A program made the translations under genes and the position numbers. Source: Eledone cirrhosa (lineage: Eukaryota). From it: a stretch of DNA of 64,000 nucleotides. The stretch lies in NCBI GenBank assembly GCA_964016885.1, contig OZ024747.1:13144001-13208000 (forward strand), written 5' to 3'. Below are positions 63,600-64,000 of the stretch, piece after piece. How positions within the stretch are numbered: position 1 is the stretch's first letter; each line of letters opens with the position of its first letter. A model generated the notes under the pieces. It did no database searches. It saw only the letters and a list, made by a program, of their open reading frames with translations, and was not told where the DNA came from.

Positions 63600-63817
63600 A
63601 TAATTTCTAGTACAGGCACAAGGCCAGTAATTTTGGGGAAGGGGAAAGTCGATTAAATCGACCCCAGTGTGTGACTGGTACTTTATTTTATCGACCCCAT
63701 AAGGATGAAAGGCAAAGTTAACCTCAGCGGGATTTGAACTTAGACTGTAAAGGGCTGTAACTCTATGCTGCAAAACATGGTGTCCGACCCTCTACTGATA
63801 CTACCAAACCACCGCCA
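63600..63817 (-). mobile_element. tRNA-derived SINE with (ATT)n tail
   Basis: Matches the 12054 family. Confidence 0.85.
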
Positions 63818-64000
63818 TAATGATAATAAAAATAATATTCTGGCCCAGATTGTTACCTTGCTGCCACCAGAAGTATTATATACATATGCTATAGACTACA
63901 TAGTAGATACCTGAAAGATTTACTGTTTAAGAACTTGCAGAAGCCTTCTACTTTTCTCTTTCTCTAACTCTTTCCCTTTTTTTCTTTCTTTCAAATACAA

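Overview
AT-rich animal genomic DNA. The SINE repertoire and kilobase-scale (TA)n arrays suggest an octopus or other cephalopod (inference). Bases 155-33523 hold the 3' part of one spliced + strand gene, a synaptotagmin-like protein (SYTL4/SYTL5/Drosophila bitesize type). It has a 10,290-nt repeat-rich giant exon followed by eight small GT-AG exons whose phases chain correctly and encode a linker plus tandem C2A-C2B domains. The rest is introns and intergenic DNA with tRNA-derived SINEs, RTE and CR1 LINE ends, mariner and piggyBac MITEs, microsatellites and a 200-N gap. The most striking signal is about ten short, sequence-unrelated elements embedded in (TA)n. They share one architecture: an inverted-repeat hairpin, a minimal type I hammerhead ribozyme motif (CUGAUGA, stem II, GAAA, palindromic stem III, UH, stem I) and a 3' tail with a covarying ACUC...GAGU-R-CU stem-loop. 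This resembles pseudo-LTR remnants of Penelope-like retroelements. All RNA structures were paired by eye, not computed.
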